Below are positions 23,370-34,903 of a stretch of 51,228 nt of DNA, piece by piece. The DNA is from Atractiella rhizophila. Its lineage: Eukaryota. The notes under the pieces were generated by a model. That model was not told the origin of the DNA. It made no database searches and saw nothing but the letters and a program-made list of their open reading frames with translations. Both the position numbers and the translations under genes were made by a program. Numbering within the stretch: position 1 is the first letter of the stretch; the number at the start of each line of letters is the position of its first letter. Location of the stretch: assembly GCA_021432655.1 (NCBI GenBank), contig MU271513.1:1-51228 (forward strand). Direction: 5' to 3'.

Positions 23370-25194
23370 GTTGCTCGACAGTGGCTTTTTTTTTGGCTTG
23401 TACCCTGCTTGTATAATGAATTCTTACTGTGAATCTTATGCGAATAACACTTAAGTCGTCAGAATTGAGGATACGAAGCACAAATTTCCAAATCATGCAG
23501 TCATTCCACTCTTCTAAACTAAAAAGATGACAGTAACCCAACATTCTCCGTGTCACCGATCCCTTCTACTTGCATCTACAACACATATTTCTCACTTAAG
23601 ACCACTCATTACAGCACTCCAGGAGACAATGATGTATTTGAATGGTACCTGCAGAGATTACAGAAGAAATGGATGTCACAACAATATGAGCAGGCTTAGA
23701 ACTGAATCTGATCGATCACACGGTATCGTCGTGATAAACGAACCTCGTCTCCTTCGGATTCTCTGGCGCGTATCTCACGTATCTATGCTCCACAATCCAA
23801 ATTTCCATCCATCAGAACTATGAGGAGCGAATACACTCCAAAGAACGGAAGTGGAGGATATGTAGAGGTAGACGAACCGATCGTTATCCGGCGGCAATTC
23901 CTTCTTCGTACAGCTCGCCAACATGCTCTGTAAACTAAGACAAATCGAGATCTAGACGTCCAATCCATCTCTTTGTTGGTCGAAGAGACATGATTTTGGG
24001 GGAAAACGGACGGTGTTTAGGACCGGCGACCAACCTGTCCCTAATATGCTCGCGCAGATGTGACCGTTCGTATATACGTGTGGGTGCTACATCCATCCAT
24101 ATCCCTCGTTAATACGATCTGACTACGGACGGAAACGAGGAGACGGACGACAGGAGGCTTGTATGGCGGAGTGGTGAGAAAGGTAACTTGTGGAGAATCG
24201 ATTGGGTATTGTCTTAATCCTTCCCATCAACACAGATGCCAGCAACACACAACCCTGAAGGAAACGCACTACGATCGATTGAATGAGAGCGTGTTCGCGT
24301 GAGAGAGAATGGGAAGAACTGACCGGTGAAAATTTGAATTTGAGAGCAAAAGTCTCTACCTCACAAGACGCACGCAAGAGAGAAGGATCACTGCCTGTCC
24401 TTCAAGTTGTCTAGATGAAAGACCCACCTCCTCGGTACACAGTCTCCCCTAAGACCTTCACTTCCACCGTCCACTCTGCCAATGTTTCGGAGGTCAACAA
24501 CCGTATGCCTTCTGGCGCTGACGACTGAAGCTCGTTCAGTTCCTTGGTCAGCCGACGGGTGGAGAGTGAGGCCATGGGTTCTTTCTTTCTTCTTCAGTAG
24601 GCACTCGGGAGGTATACTATCAGTCGTTTCGCCTGTGGATGAGAGAGATCAGCGGCTGTTCGTCGAAGCTTTTGAGAAATGTAAGGAAACAAGGAGTGAG
24701 CTGTGCACATATTCAAGCGTACCAGTGAGGATCCGACAGATTACGGTGCGGTCGATTCATTGTATCCATACCGCACACTCTTTTATTGTCTATCTATAAG
24801 ACAGTCATAATGAAAAGGAGTCACAGTTAACACGAGACCCAAGGCCAGGCATTGGATCCCGGTTTCTGGTGGGGAAATAGGCAGAAGTGAAGCTGGGTTT
24901 CTCCATGAGATCGGGTAGACGGGAAGCTCACCTAGGGTAGTTGAATACCTGTCCTGTGTTCTTTCTACTTTGCTTGATGGTGGTTGGATTGGACGGACGG
25001 ATGCAGATGAACGTACACTGATAAGACCAAATGAACTTTATTTGCAAGCGGGAACCACGTAATATGAATCCCAAAAAACGACCACCTTCGCTTTCTCCCT
25101 TTTCTCACTTTTTCGCGCTATTTTTCTTGGATCCTTTCTACTCCAAGTTCAGGACCTCAACGTTAAGCAACAACTTGACTGTATCTATGACCCT

Positions 25195-28100
25195 ATGTCT
25201 TCGGGTTATCACCAGCACCAACACGCCAATCCAGTTCCCTTCGCCATCCCACCCTCGCTCTCCCTCACAGGTCATTCGTATCCACCGCCTCCTGTGCCTC
25301 CTTCAGACTCTGGCCATCTCTCAGGTTCCGGGGTCGGTGTGAGAATAAGGAGCATGGAAGGGACTGATGGCTTGTGGGAAAAGGAAGTGCCTGCAGTCTT
25401 TGCTCCCTATGGATGTAGCGTTGTAGGGGCCAGAGGGGGAATCAGATGGAGGTGCGCATCACTCTCCGAACCTCGTTCTGTCCTTCCTCCTTCCTCCCTT
25501 TGAATTTCGAGAGAAGACCTCTGTTTGGAATTACTATGGCAGTAGTGTGGAACAGGAGGAACATTACGTCAATCCCTCCGCCTCCTCTCTCTTCTTCTCT
25601 AAGTTCACCCAGCTGATCTTCCTTTTTTTGTGTTTCTGAAGTTTTGGCATCTGTAACGCCTGGCTGTCGACCCTTCATCAATGGGCCAAGTGGAGCATCT
25701 TCCACTGGCAAGCCGAATTATTGTGTGGGAGGAAGTGAAATCTTCCACAACTGTAAAATTACCCTGATCGGATCGATGCGCTCTCGGCTATGGGACGTCT
25801 CCTGAGGTGTAAATTGAGGAAGAAAGAAGACAGTCAACGGTCCCCTTCGTCGTTTCTGATCGGTTTGGGCTGGCTCTAATTCTTCCAGATGGGCTTGAGA
25901 TGGGTCACTGGTCGGCTCCTCGCCTCCCTAAGACAGGATAGCAGACAAGAAAAAGTAGCAAAGGAGGATGTATTAGATGTAAAGTTACATCCTCATTAAA
26001 TGCTGCTGACAATATCGTTCTCTTTGTGTGTATGGTGTAGATTCAGTACCTCGACTTCCTTGTGTCAGATGCGGTGCTTTATCAACTCATAGTTCTCACA
26101 GAGTACACATTGAATTTTGTACGTTTTGAGAAGTGGCAAAGGAAGAAAAGAATAAAATGAATTCGGCCAATCTCAAGGAAGCATTTTTCATGGTCGCATT
26201 GAATAACTCCTTGTGTGCCGGTTTGTTTTTGATCGAACGAGTGCTTCGATCTAAATCAGGCATACAGTCTGTGTAAACTCGTTGCTCTCAGTACAACCTG
26301 GTGGCTTGTGGCTCTATGCTGCCATAAGATGGATCTGTTGACGTCATAAGTTGTCGCTTTTTCTAGAGTGTCTTCCCATCTTTTGCCTCCTTTTCCCCTC
26401 AGGTGGCTGCAACGACCATGTTGCCACTCCCGATCCTGCGTACTGATCCCATCTTTCTTCTTCCTCCCAGCTTGCCGTCCGAAAGCACCTCTGCTCTAGC
26501 CGCATCCTTTCCTCTCCCTCTCCCGCCACCTGAGAATATCCCCGGCCTCTATTCTACCTCAGGTTTCGACCTCCTCTCCATCCTCGCCCGCGTCGCCTCA
26601 CGTCCGAATCCCGTCATCAACCTAGGGCCGATAGACATGTCGTGCGCTTTCACCGTCGTTGATGCGCGCCAGTGGGACATGCCTATCGTTTATTGCAGCG
26701 AGACGTTCGAGAGGTTGACCGGGTATGAGAGGGGAGAGATACTGGGCAGGAATTGTAGGTTCTTACAGGTGCCTCATGCTGGTGTTACGCCTTCTGCTGG
26801 GGGAATGGGAGAGGGAGGTATCAGAGATGAAAGGGGGAAGTGGACGCATGAAGGAGCCGTGAATCATTTGAGGGAGTTCATCAAGGCTGGAAGGGAGTGT
26901 CAGGCCTCTATTGTGAACTATAAAAAGGATGGGAGAGCGTTCATCAATCTTGTCCGTCATCGCTCTGTTCTCTAGGGAGAGATTGATGGTATCATTGGAC
27001 AGGTGACTATTATACCAATATCGTGGGAGTCGGATGAGATTGCATATTTCGTGGGATTGCAGGTTGATTTGGTGGAGCAGCCGTTTAGCATTGTCGAAAG
27101 AATGAGGGACGGGACAGTAAGTTTCCTCCCTACACTTAAATGCGCATGACTGCTAAGGAAAGTAGTACATCGTCAATTATGCCGTCACACAGTCCACCAT
27201 TCCTCAGTTTCCTACTCTAGCCCAGCAGACGACAGTGAGTTTTGGAACAGAGGTACACGCAGCGCAGTGGGTAGAAGAAGAAGCTGAAACCTTCAATTAT
27301 GATGTTTCGCTCGCAATGTCACAGACCAATCCCCAAACTCAGTCACACGACTTTCTCCCAAATGTCCCACCACACCCTTCCGGCGAACACGAAGTGTCAG
27401 ACGACTCTCCGTCGAATACATTCACTTCTATCGGTTCTGGGGTGGCAGCCACAGGAATGGGCTGGAACGGTGGGAAGAAGCGGAAGCGCTCCATCCTAGA
27501 AGATTCAAATATTGAATCCATGCTGGCCTCCGCGGTGCAGGCGGTTGAGTCAACGGGGACTGGAGGGATCGAAGTGGATGAAAGCGAGAGAGGGGCGTGG
27601 AACGAGTGGATGCTGGATTGCGTGCGTCGATTGCTACTGATACGTGAAAAGAATGCGCGGCTTACAGATGCGATAGTGCGACGACTTCATTCATGTTCTC
27701 TCGCTCAAAGGGACGGTGCTTTATGTTTCCCCGAACACGGAGCAGTTTCGTTCGTCGTCCTTCAATTTATGTATTAGAACGAAGCTGATAAGTTCATTAC
27801 AGTGGAATACGAGGCGGCTTCCCTCATATCTCGGAATTGGGCAGATTATGTCCATCCAGGTTTGACTTTCCTCCCTGTTTGTCTGAAAGAGTATTGCACT
27901 GATCGAGCGCTGTAGCCGATGTCGTTGGAGTTATGAGAGATATCAAGGACATAACGAATACGGGAACTGTGAGGCTGCTGTACCGAGTAAGGAAGAGGAC
28001 CAGTGGGTACATTTGGATGGAGGCGAGAGGGAGGCTGGATGTTGAACAGTCTAAAGGGAGGAAGGTTCGTCTTCACCCATTTTAATTCCAACTTAAACTG

Positions 28101-28815
28101 AGGAGAGCTTTAGTGCGTTGTCCTAGTGGGACGAATCAAACCTCTGGATTCTCTGCCCTGGCCTCTCATTCGCTCCAACTCGTCAATTTCCACTACCAGA
28201 GACAACCGGGATTTCTGGGTTAAATTGTCTTCCACCGGAATCGTGCTATACACTACTGCAGCAGCAGAACGTCTCCTTGGATCTAGTGCAGAAAAATTCG
28301 TCGGACTATGTTTACCTGAACTGGACACACGGCGTCATAAAGAAATTCTTTCTGCTATCGAGAGGACACTAAAACTGGGAGCGGTCCAAAGCGTCCATCA
28401 TACCCTGAGGACCGGGATGGGATTCGACATTCACGTCCGTTCAGTCATGTTTCCCAATGGAAGAGGGGCAGAAGCAGAAGGGGAGGTGAACGGGATGAGG
28501 ACCATTTTTTGCAATATTGCAGAATTCGACCCATCCGATCCTGCGGCAGCCTCCGCCCCTTCGAATCACGTCTTCTCCCTCCCTTCAGCTCCTGCTTCCT
28601 CCTTCACCCATCACACATCGCCACACTATCCCCCTTTTGTCAACACAGAAGCTCTTTCCAGCGCCACTGACGCGGACGTCTTCGCGGAGTTGGAAGTGCG
28701 AGGTAGCACGAGCTGGCAGTATGAAGTACATAACCTGAAGCTGCAGAACAAAAAATTGAAGGAGGAGTATTCCGCGTTATTGTCGCTCAAGGAGAAGAAG
28801 CAGCTGAGATGTTGA
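25195..28815 (+). CDS. wc-1: White Collar-1 blue-light photoreceptor homologue (LOV + PAS domains, no C-terminal GATA zinc finger seen); multi-exon
   Basis: N-cap GLYSTSGFDLLSILARVASRPNPVINLGPIDMSCAF, LOV signature GRNCRFLQ, NYKKDGRAFINL and YFVGLQVDL. PAS motifs DDFIHVLSLKG and the WC-1-typical DVFAELE..STSWQYEVHNLKLQNKKL. The first exon 25195-25338 (alternative ATG at 26418) is less certain. Confidence 0.9.
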
Positions 28816-29409
28816 TACGTTGAGTTTCCATTGCTCAAGTCCACTTTTCATATTACAGTGTTCTTTCCCTCGATGGATTACCTGTCTCTGTGTACCTCTT
28901 CCTCCTCTAGGCGTGTTCCTAAACAGAGTAGTTGCATTCCGTGTTTGTATCCGTGTCCAACTCGTTATCGAGATTGATCGTGCCTGTTCAAGTTGCCTTA
29001 GCCTCTGTTATCCACATGTAATCCCTAATCTAGCAGCACTGACTTAATGAACATCCACCCGATCCGTTGGATTGATGATTATATCCCATTACCGCATCCA
29101 TCATATTTCGGCAAAGGACTACGAAATGGTTAGGGCTCCACAATAGGGGTCGCTTCATAAGACTGATTCGTTTGTTCACCGGTCACTCTAACTGTGTGAA
29201 TGCAGCTAATGTGGATGCAGGCGTACTTCTTTTGCCAGCTGCAAATGGCCCTGAGGACGGACGCAGGTGATGCTAACTACATTCTTGCAAAATAGTTTCA
29301 AACTCATGTCATCGAAGTGCAAAGTGCCTCGACGAATCAGACGGGAGAAAGCGAAAGATGGAGACCAGCAGGGTATACTGTCGACGCGAATTAGATGTAA
29401 GTGGGCGAA

Positions 29410-30959
29410 TTAAGCTTCGGTGACGCTAGCAGACAATGGTTAGCATAGAGGAACGTAGGAAGCGACAGAGTAACGTACGTCCACCATTGCTCTTTGTCAG
29501 TGGGGTCATAGTCCACCATAAGGGTAGAGCGAGCATCAGCGAATGCAGCAATCTCATTTCCAGAGATGGCCCTTGTGGTCATGTTCAAGCTATCTCCCCC
29601 AGTTCTCCCATCAGTATCTCAAACAATTTCGAGGTAGAATTGATAAGAATAACGCACATGTGATCAACGACAATGATAGCGTAGGCCTGTTGACCCCTCT
29701 TCTGCAGAGGGTTGACATTGACATTCATTCCAGCGTGGGACCTCCTGACTTTATGCGCGAGCCTTGATTTGACGACGTTCCTGCACTCCGGGTGGTCATC
29801 TAAATATTCAGGGTGAGCCTTGAGGAACGAAGCAGGATGACGGCAAGGAGGCTCTTCTGCCAGCCCTTTGCATTCTGGGTGTTTGCGGTAGAACTCCTTC
29901 GTGCCATGGCGGAAGATCCAGTCAGGGTTCTGCATCCCCTCCAAAGTCAGCTTGGATCGAATAACAAGGAGATACGGAGCACCTTGTCACACTTGCCACC
30001 AGACGAGGAACCATCATCGGAGCTGTTGTCATCGGAGCTCCCATCGTCCTTAGAATCGGAATCGTCCGCCTCTTTAACGACTTTAGCGTTGCTCTTGATT
30101 GAGGCCTTTCTCTCAGACGAGTCGGAGTCGGATCCTGACTCTCCTACAGGGACGAAGAGCCACCACTGCTTGTCGGGCTCTGCGTCCTACCAATTAATAC
30201 AATGTTTGGCTTGAAAAGAGAGAATTGAAAGCATACCGAGCCCATGCTCGTCTTGGCAGCCGGGGCCAACCTAATCAAACTTGAGTAAATGGAAGGATGG
30301 AATAGAAGGGTGAATTTGCCTGGCAAACGTAGGCAACACCGAACTTATCGGTTCCACTGTCATAGTCCCACTGCGACGCGAGAGCCTTGCATGAAAAGTG
30401 TAATTTAGATAATCTCCATCGTGAGCAAAAAAATAGCGACATGCCTTGTTAGAATCAGCATTCCTGATTCTCGTGGATCCATCATTGTTGGGGTTGGAGA
30501 GAAGCTCAAAGACATCATCCGCCCTCGGCTGGTCGACGGAAGAGGACATCTTGGACAAAATGGTGGATGGACTGTCATCGTCTGCGAGATCACCGTTGAA
30601 TTTTGAGAAAAATCTCTTTAATATATGAAAGAAGATAACACACCAGGGTACATGTTTGGTTGGTCCGTGTGCGTGTAAACCTGCACAATCCCCACTTGGT
30701 TACGATCTCAGAGAGATGACGTGGAAGAAAGCAACAAACGAGGGTTTTGCCGGTTCCAACATTGGTGAGTTTGTAGTTGCCATCAAAAGGCACAGCTTGA
30801 TCCTTTTCATCATGTCAGTACAGGAGATAGAATACCAGCCGAAAAGAAAAGACGAACGAATAAGGTGCCTGCTACTCTTCGGTTATCGACGATTCCCTGA
30901 GCATTTGCAGAGATAGCAGCGCCGAGGATGGCGAAAAGAATGTTGTTTGAAGATATCAT
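29410..30959 (-). CDS. Secreted hypothetical protein, ricin-B/beta-trefoil-like, with an Asp/Ser-rich linker and an HPE..HPEC insert; multi-exon
   Basis: Signal peptide MISSNNILFAILGAAISANA, then FDGNYKLTNVGTGKTL, QxW-type motifs KQWWLFVPV and EQWWTVTEA*. The exons join through GT-AG introns. The lectin assignment is an inference. Confidence 0.6.
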
Positions 30960-32399
30960 CTTCAAATCAATGACTGTAGGTATTCAAAAGAGTGTTCACT
31001 GAGGGAGAGCCGAGGTGAAGATCAGGTTGAGGAAGGAAATGTGAGGCCTGTCTTGTCTATATACAGAACCTAAGAGAATCCTGAAACGAATCTAGCTCGT
31101 CCTTTCGCGCGGAAGGATGGTCACAGCGCTAAATTCAAAGTCCAAATAACCCTCTAACATGGCATTACAGCAATAAGACGGAGCATACTAGTGACAACAA
31201 TAGAAAAAGGTGTTAGGGAGGTCGGGGCTCTCACACCTTGATGCCTCCGTGGAGTCTCCGTCTCCGGTCTACCACAGGACCAACACCATAACGGTAACAA
31301 AAGTTTATGCCAGCTGTGGGAACTCGGTTTGGTTCGTAAAATATTCCCCATCCACCCTGCCTGCCCGATGAGCCTGCCGCACAAGTACGATGTACATGCT
31401 TGTTGACCTCTTCGGCTTGAAAACTTGAGAATTTGATCTGGCGCTTGGCTAGTACTAATCAGGAGCGTTCCACTCAAAATAGAATATAGAAGCGGTTGTG
31501 ACTTTTCAGAGTAAAATTGTTGTGAACACCGAGCTTTCGCTCACAAGTGAACTCAAACGATGTCGCCTTCACACTCACCTAGACGTCATAAGCCCACAGA
31601 CTTTATAATTACAAGGGTGTTCAGCGCCTCCAGATTCCCTGCTGACCTGCTCAAGCTGGGCATCCAATTTTCAATTTTTTTTGAATAGAGTTCATTCCAT
31701 TCACATCCCAAAGTCCTTGTGCCGCCGGAACCGAGAATGAATGTTTTCTCTTCTTCTTCTTCTTCCCATTCCCAGCATCTCTGAACGTCTGGCACACTGG
31801 TGCCTTCGCGGTGTCTGATTACTCGGGGTGAGCTTGCAGAAGGCATGAAAGCTTGTAGGAATCATAAACGGAATGCCATTGACTCTATGGCGCTCTTGTC
31901 CTTCTTGGCTAGGCAGGACAAAACTCGCTTTCTTTGTCCAAAACAGTCGCCAATAGAAGATACTGGCTTCCTTTTTAGCGGCCAGCTTACAAGGTCCACA
32001 CGCGATTGTTTGGTACCTCTGCACTGAAGGTTGTTCGCAAGTTCGGCATAGCGGGAACCACATTCTGCTGCTGTGATACACCAACTGTAATGATTTTCCT
32101 TATAGGATTCATTTCATTCGTGTTTCCCTCTTGTACGTATCCCTTCAGCACTTCGGCATTGCTTTTCAACCTTGTCCACTCCACGAGCGATCCCGAGTCT
32201 CCGCCTCCCTAAGCCTGATGGACGAGGTGATCCGCGGTTTGAGACGACCAAAGATCGGGTTTCGCGTGAAAGCTGTTCGCGTCAGTCAAGTGTTGCAGCG
32301 CGACTCGGGGCCTGCCAGATGCACCTTTTTCTGATATCTAATAATAATGGGCAGGCTTGGCCATTTCCTTCTCTCATCTTCCCTAGAATTTGTTCAAAC

Positions 32400-34533
32400 A
32401 TGGTCACTGTCACTTCTCCTTTCCTTTCACCTTCCTTTCCGTCCTCCATACACCTTCCTGTTCCTGTTCCGCGACGGAGCGTGCCACGCTACTGCTTCAT
32501 TCTCATTCCTCTCGTATTCTTCTTCCTTAGCGCCTTCACTCTTTCACATCCAATAGTCCATGAACGCCTTCCTTCCACGATACAACAGCATCTTTCAGCT
32601 ACTCAGGAGTGGGTAGGAGGAACTGTGAAGTGGGCTAAGTGGCGGTTGGAATCCTTTCCATATTTCCCAATAAACGGCGCTGCTTCACGGGTCTCCAATT
32701 TACCCTGGACTCGAACAGAAGAATCTACCCTTCCGATAGAGCGTCCCCTCTCGGGTGACCCGAACGAGAAATTTCTTTCATATTTTCCCCACTCAGGCTT
32801 CAATAATCAGCGGGTAGAGCTCCAAAATGCGCTCGCCCTCGCCAATTATCTCAACCGTACCCTCCTAATTCCTCCAATTTGGGTGGGGAAAAGCCTTCCG
32901 TCGATAGGAAGCTACAGAACGTTGAAATGGAAGTGGTGGAAAGCGGCGAGGAAGAGTTCAATTTTTCGACTGCAAAGGTCTCAAAGGCCTGATTTAGGAG
33001 ATTCCTTCATTTCTTGGGACTTTTTGTACGACCTTGATTTTGTCAAGGACGAACCGAGGATAGCAAATAGGTGGTACGGTGATGGAACAGGTGGCGAACC
33101 GGGGATGACGGAGAAGGGAGCTTTGTTTGATGCTGGTGGAGGAGATCCTAATAAGGATATTGTACATTTTAATTTTTGCATATTGTTATTGTTTTACTGA
33201 CTCTAGAACCATGAACAGTTCATTCTCGCAGATGAAGGCTTTCCATACGATCTCCAATTCTCATTGCCTCGTGACCATTCTCTGCCTCTCATCTCCCCCA
33301 TCCCACCAGGAGTTGACTCTAAATTTCGTCGCACCGTCAATCTCAGAGCACTGGCTGAACTGCCTCAGAAGCTTCTCCTTCTTGGCTCGATATTTGGTTC
33401 CACTCGAATCGAGATCGGTGGCCCTCATCGCCCTCCTTATTACAATGGGCGACTCATAATCGATCAGCCAAAAATCAACAGAATATCTAAGTGGATAGCG
33501 AGAAGTGTAAGGGAGACTGGTTGGAGAATGAAGGTTGGGAATTTGAAGAAAGGATACTTGAGCATATTGGTACGAGTAGGAGATGGGGTAAGTTTTTTCT
33601 ATATACCCATCTTAAACAGTATCCCTGAAACAGTGTTGTGAAGTCTTTCAAAACAAATGTTGTGGCGAATATGAAGGAACTGTGGGAGCGGACGGTCCGA
33701 GGAATCCTTGACGATGCGAACGGCTCTGAATCCTTGGATGAATCGAAATTTCAGCAAACGATGGCTTTACTGCGCGAATTGGAGTCAGAACGGCTAATAA
33801 AGCAGCGACGTCTCTCGCATCATCGTAACCGCAGTCTCCTCCCTAGATGGCGTGGGCAGAGTCTAGGAGGAACTGAATCGGCTTGGAGCTGGTATGAGGA
33901 TCCGCTGGAGGATGATACTCCAGTTTTCGAACAAAATTCTTCAGCTGTCAAGCCTGTAGTGCAGGATGTGTCCCAAATGCTCCTTGGTTCTGTATCGATG
34001 GAGAAGAGACTTCGACGTCGCGATATCCCGTCACCCCCTGCCGAAAACATTAGCATTCCGACGCTTGAATGTCACGCACCTCTCCACACAAATCCTCTTC
34101 TACAGCCCTTCAACCAGCCAGTATGGATGGCCACTGATGCGCGCCATCCTGCAGAAGACGAAAACATAGCCAAATTTTATGCCACCTTTCCTTGCCTCTT
34201 CACATTCAACGATATGACCCAACTGGATCATCCGCTTGGAGAGGAAGTGCGGCAGATTGCAGACTGGAAGAATATGGAAGACAACGGAGCGAAAATTGGA
34301 GGTCAGTATCCACTCTCCTGACATTCATTCAGGCGACTGAAGTAACTGCTTAGGTTTCATGATCCCCATCCTTGATTCTGTGACGGCAGCTCGAGCCCGA
34401 CTCGTGTATCGTGAGGATTTTAGTCGTTTGCTCGTGCTCCTTGCTGACGTCCCCTGCAGCAACATATGGCAGCACATTTGGCTACTATGCCGCCAATCAA
34501 CTTACGCAAAATTATCGTCACGACCCCTATTGA
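32400..34533 (+). CDS. O-fucosyltransferase-like (GT-B, CigA-like) type II membrane glycosyltransferase; multi-exon
   Basis: N-terminal TM segment (YCFILIPLVFFFLSAF), EKFLSYFPHSGFNNQRVELQNALALANYLNRTLLIPP, YLSILVRVGDG, VWMATDAR and a C-terminal TYGSTFGYYA. Confidence 0.8.
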
Positions 34534-34903
34534 GGTTGTATTCCGCGCCGCATTCTGTCAATGGACACCGGTATTCCAGCTGCCCATTAGTTTAGCCCAT
34601 CGAAAACGCTCTGGAGGAACCCTCCTAATTTTCATTTCGGCTTTCTGTCCATCTTTTGATTCAATGTGCATACCCATGGATGTGTATTTTTATTTGTGTT
34701 CAGTTGCAAGTTGAAATCGTTGTATGGACAATCTGGCCCTCAGGAAGGAATCAACGAGTCTGTTAGTGCTAATAGAATATCATTTGAATCGTTCTTTTTG
34801 GTTCTCTATATACAATGAATTTGTGACAAACTATTGCTAAGGCTTGCTGAATGCTTTAGGGGATGGATGGAACAGAAAACTCCAAGGGATTACTACAACA
34901 CAT

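Larger units (their letters stand above)
21934..23666. repeat. Direct tandem duplication, two units of about 865 bp (21934-22796 and 22797-23666), each carrying one Pol III ncRNA copy
   Basis: Both units start ATGCAGTGTGAGCGTGAGTGAAAGAACCCGCATG and end GGTACCTGCAGAGATTACAGAAG. They are collinear and highly similar throughout. Confidence 0.95.
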
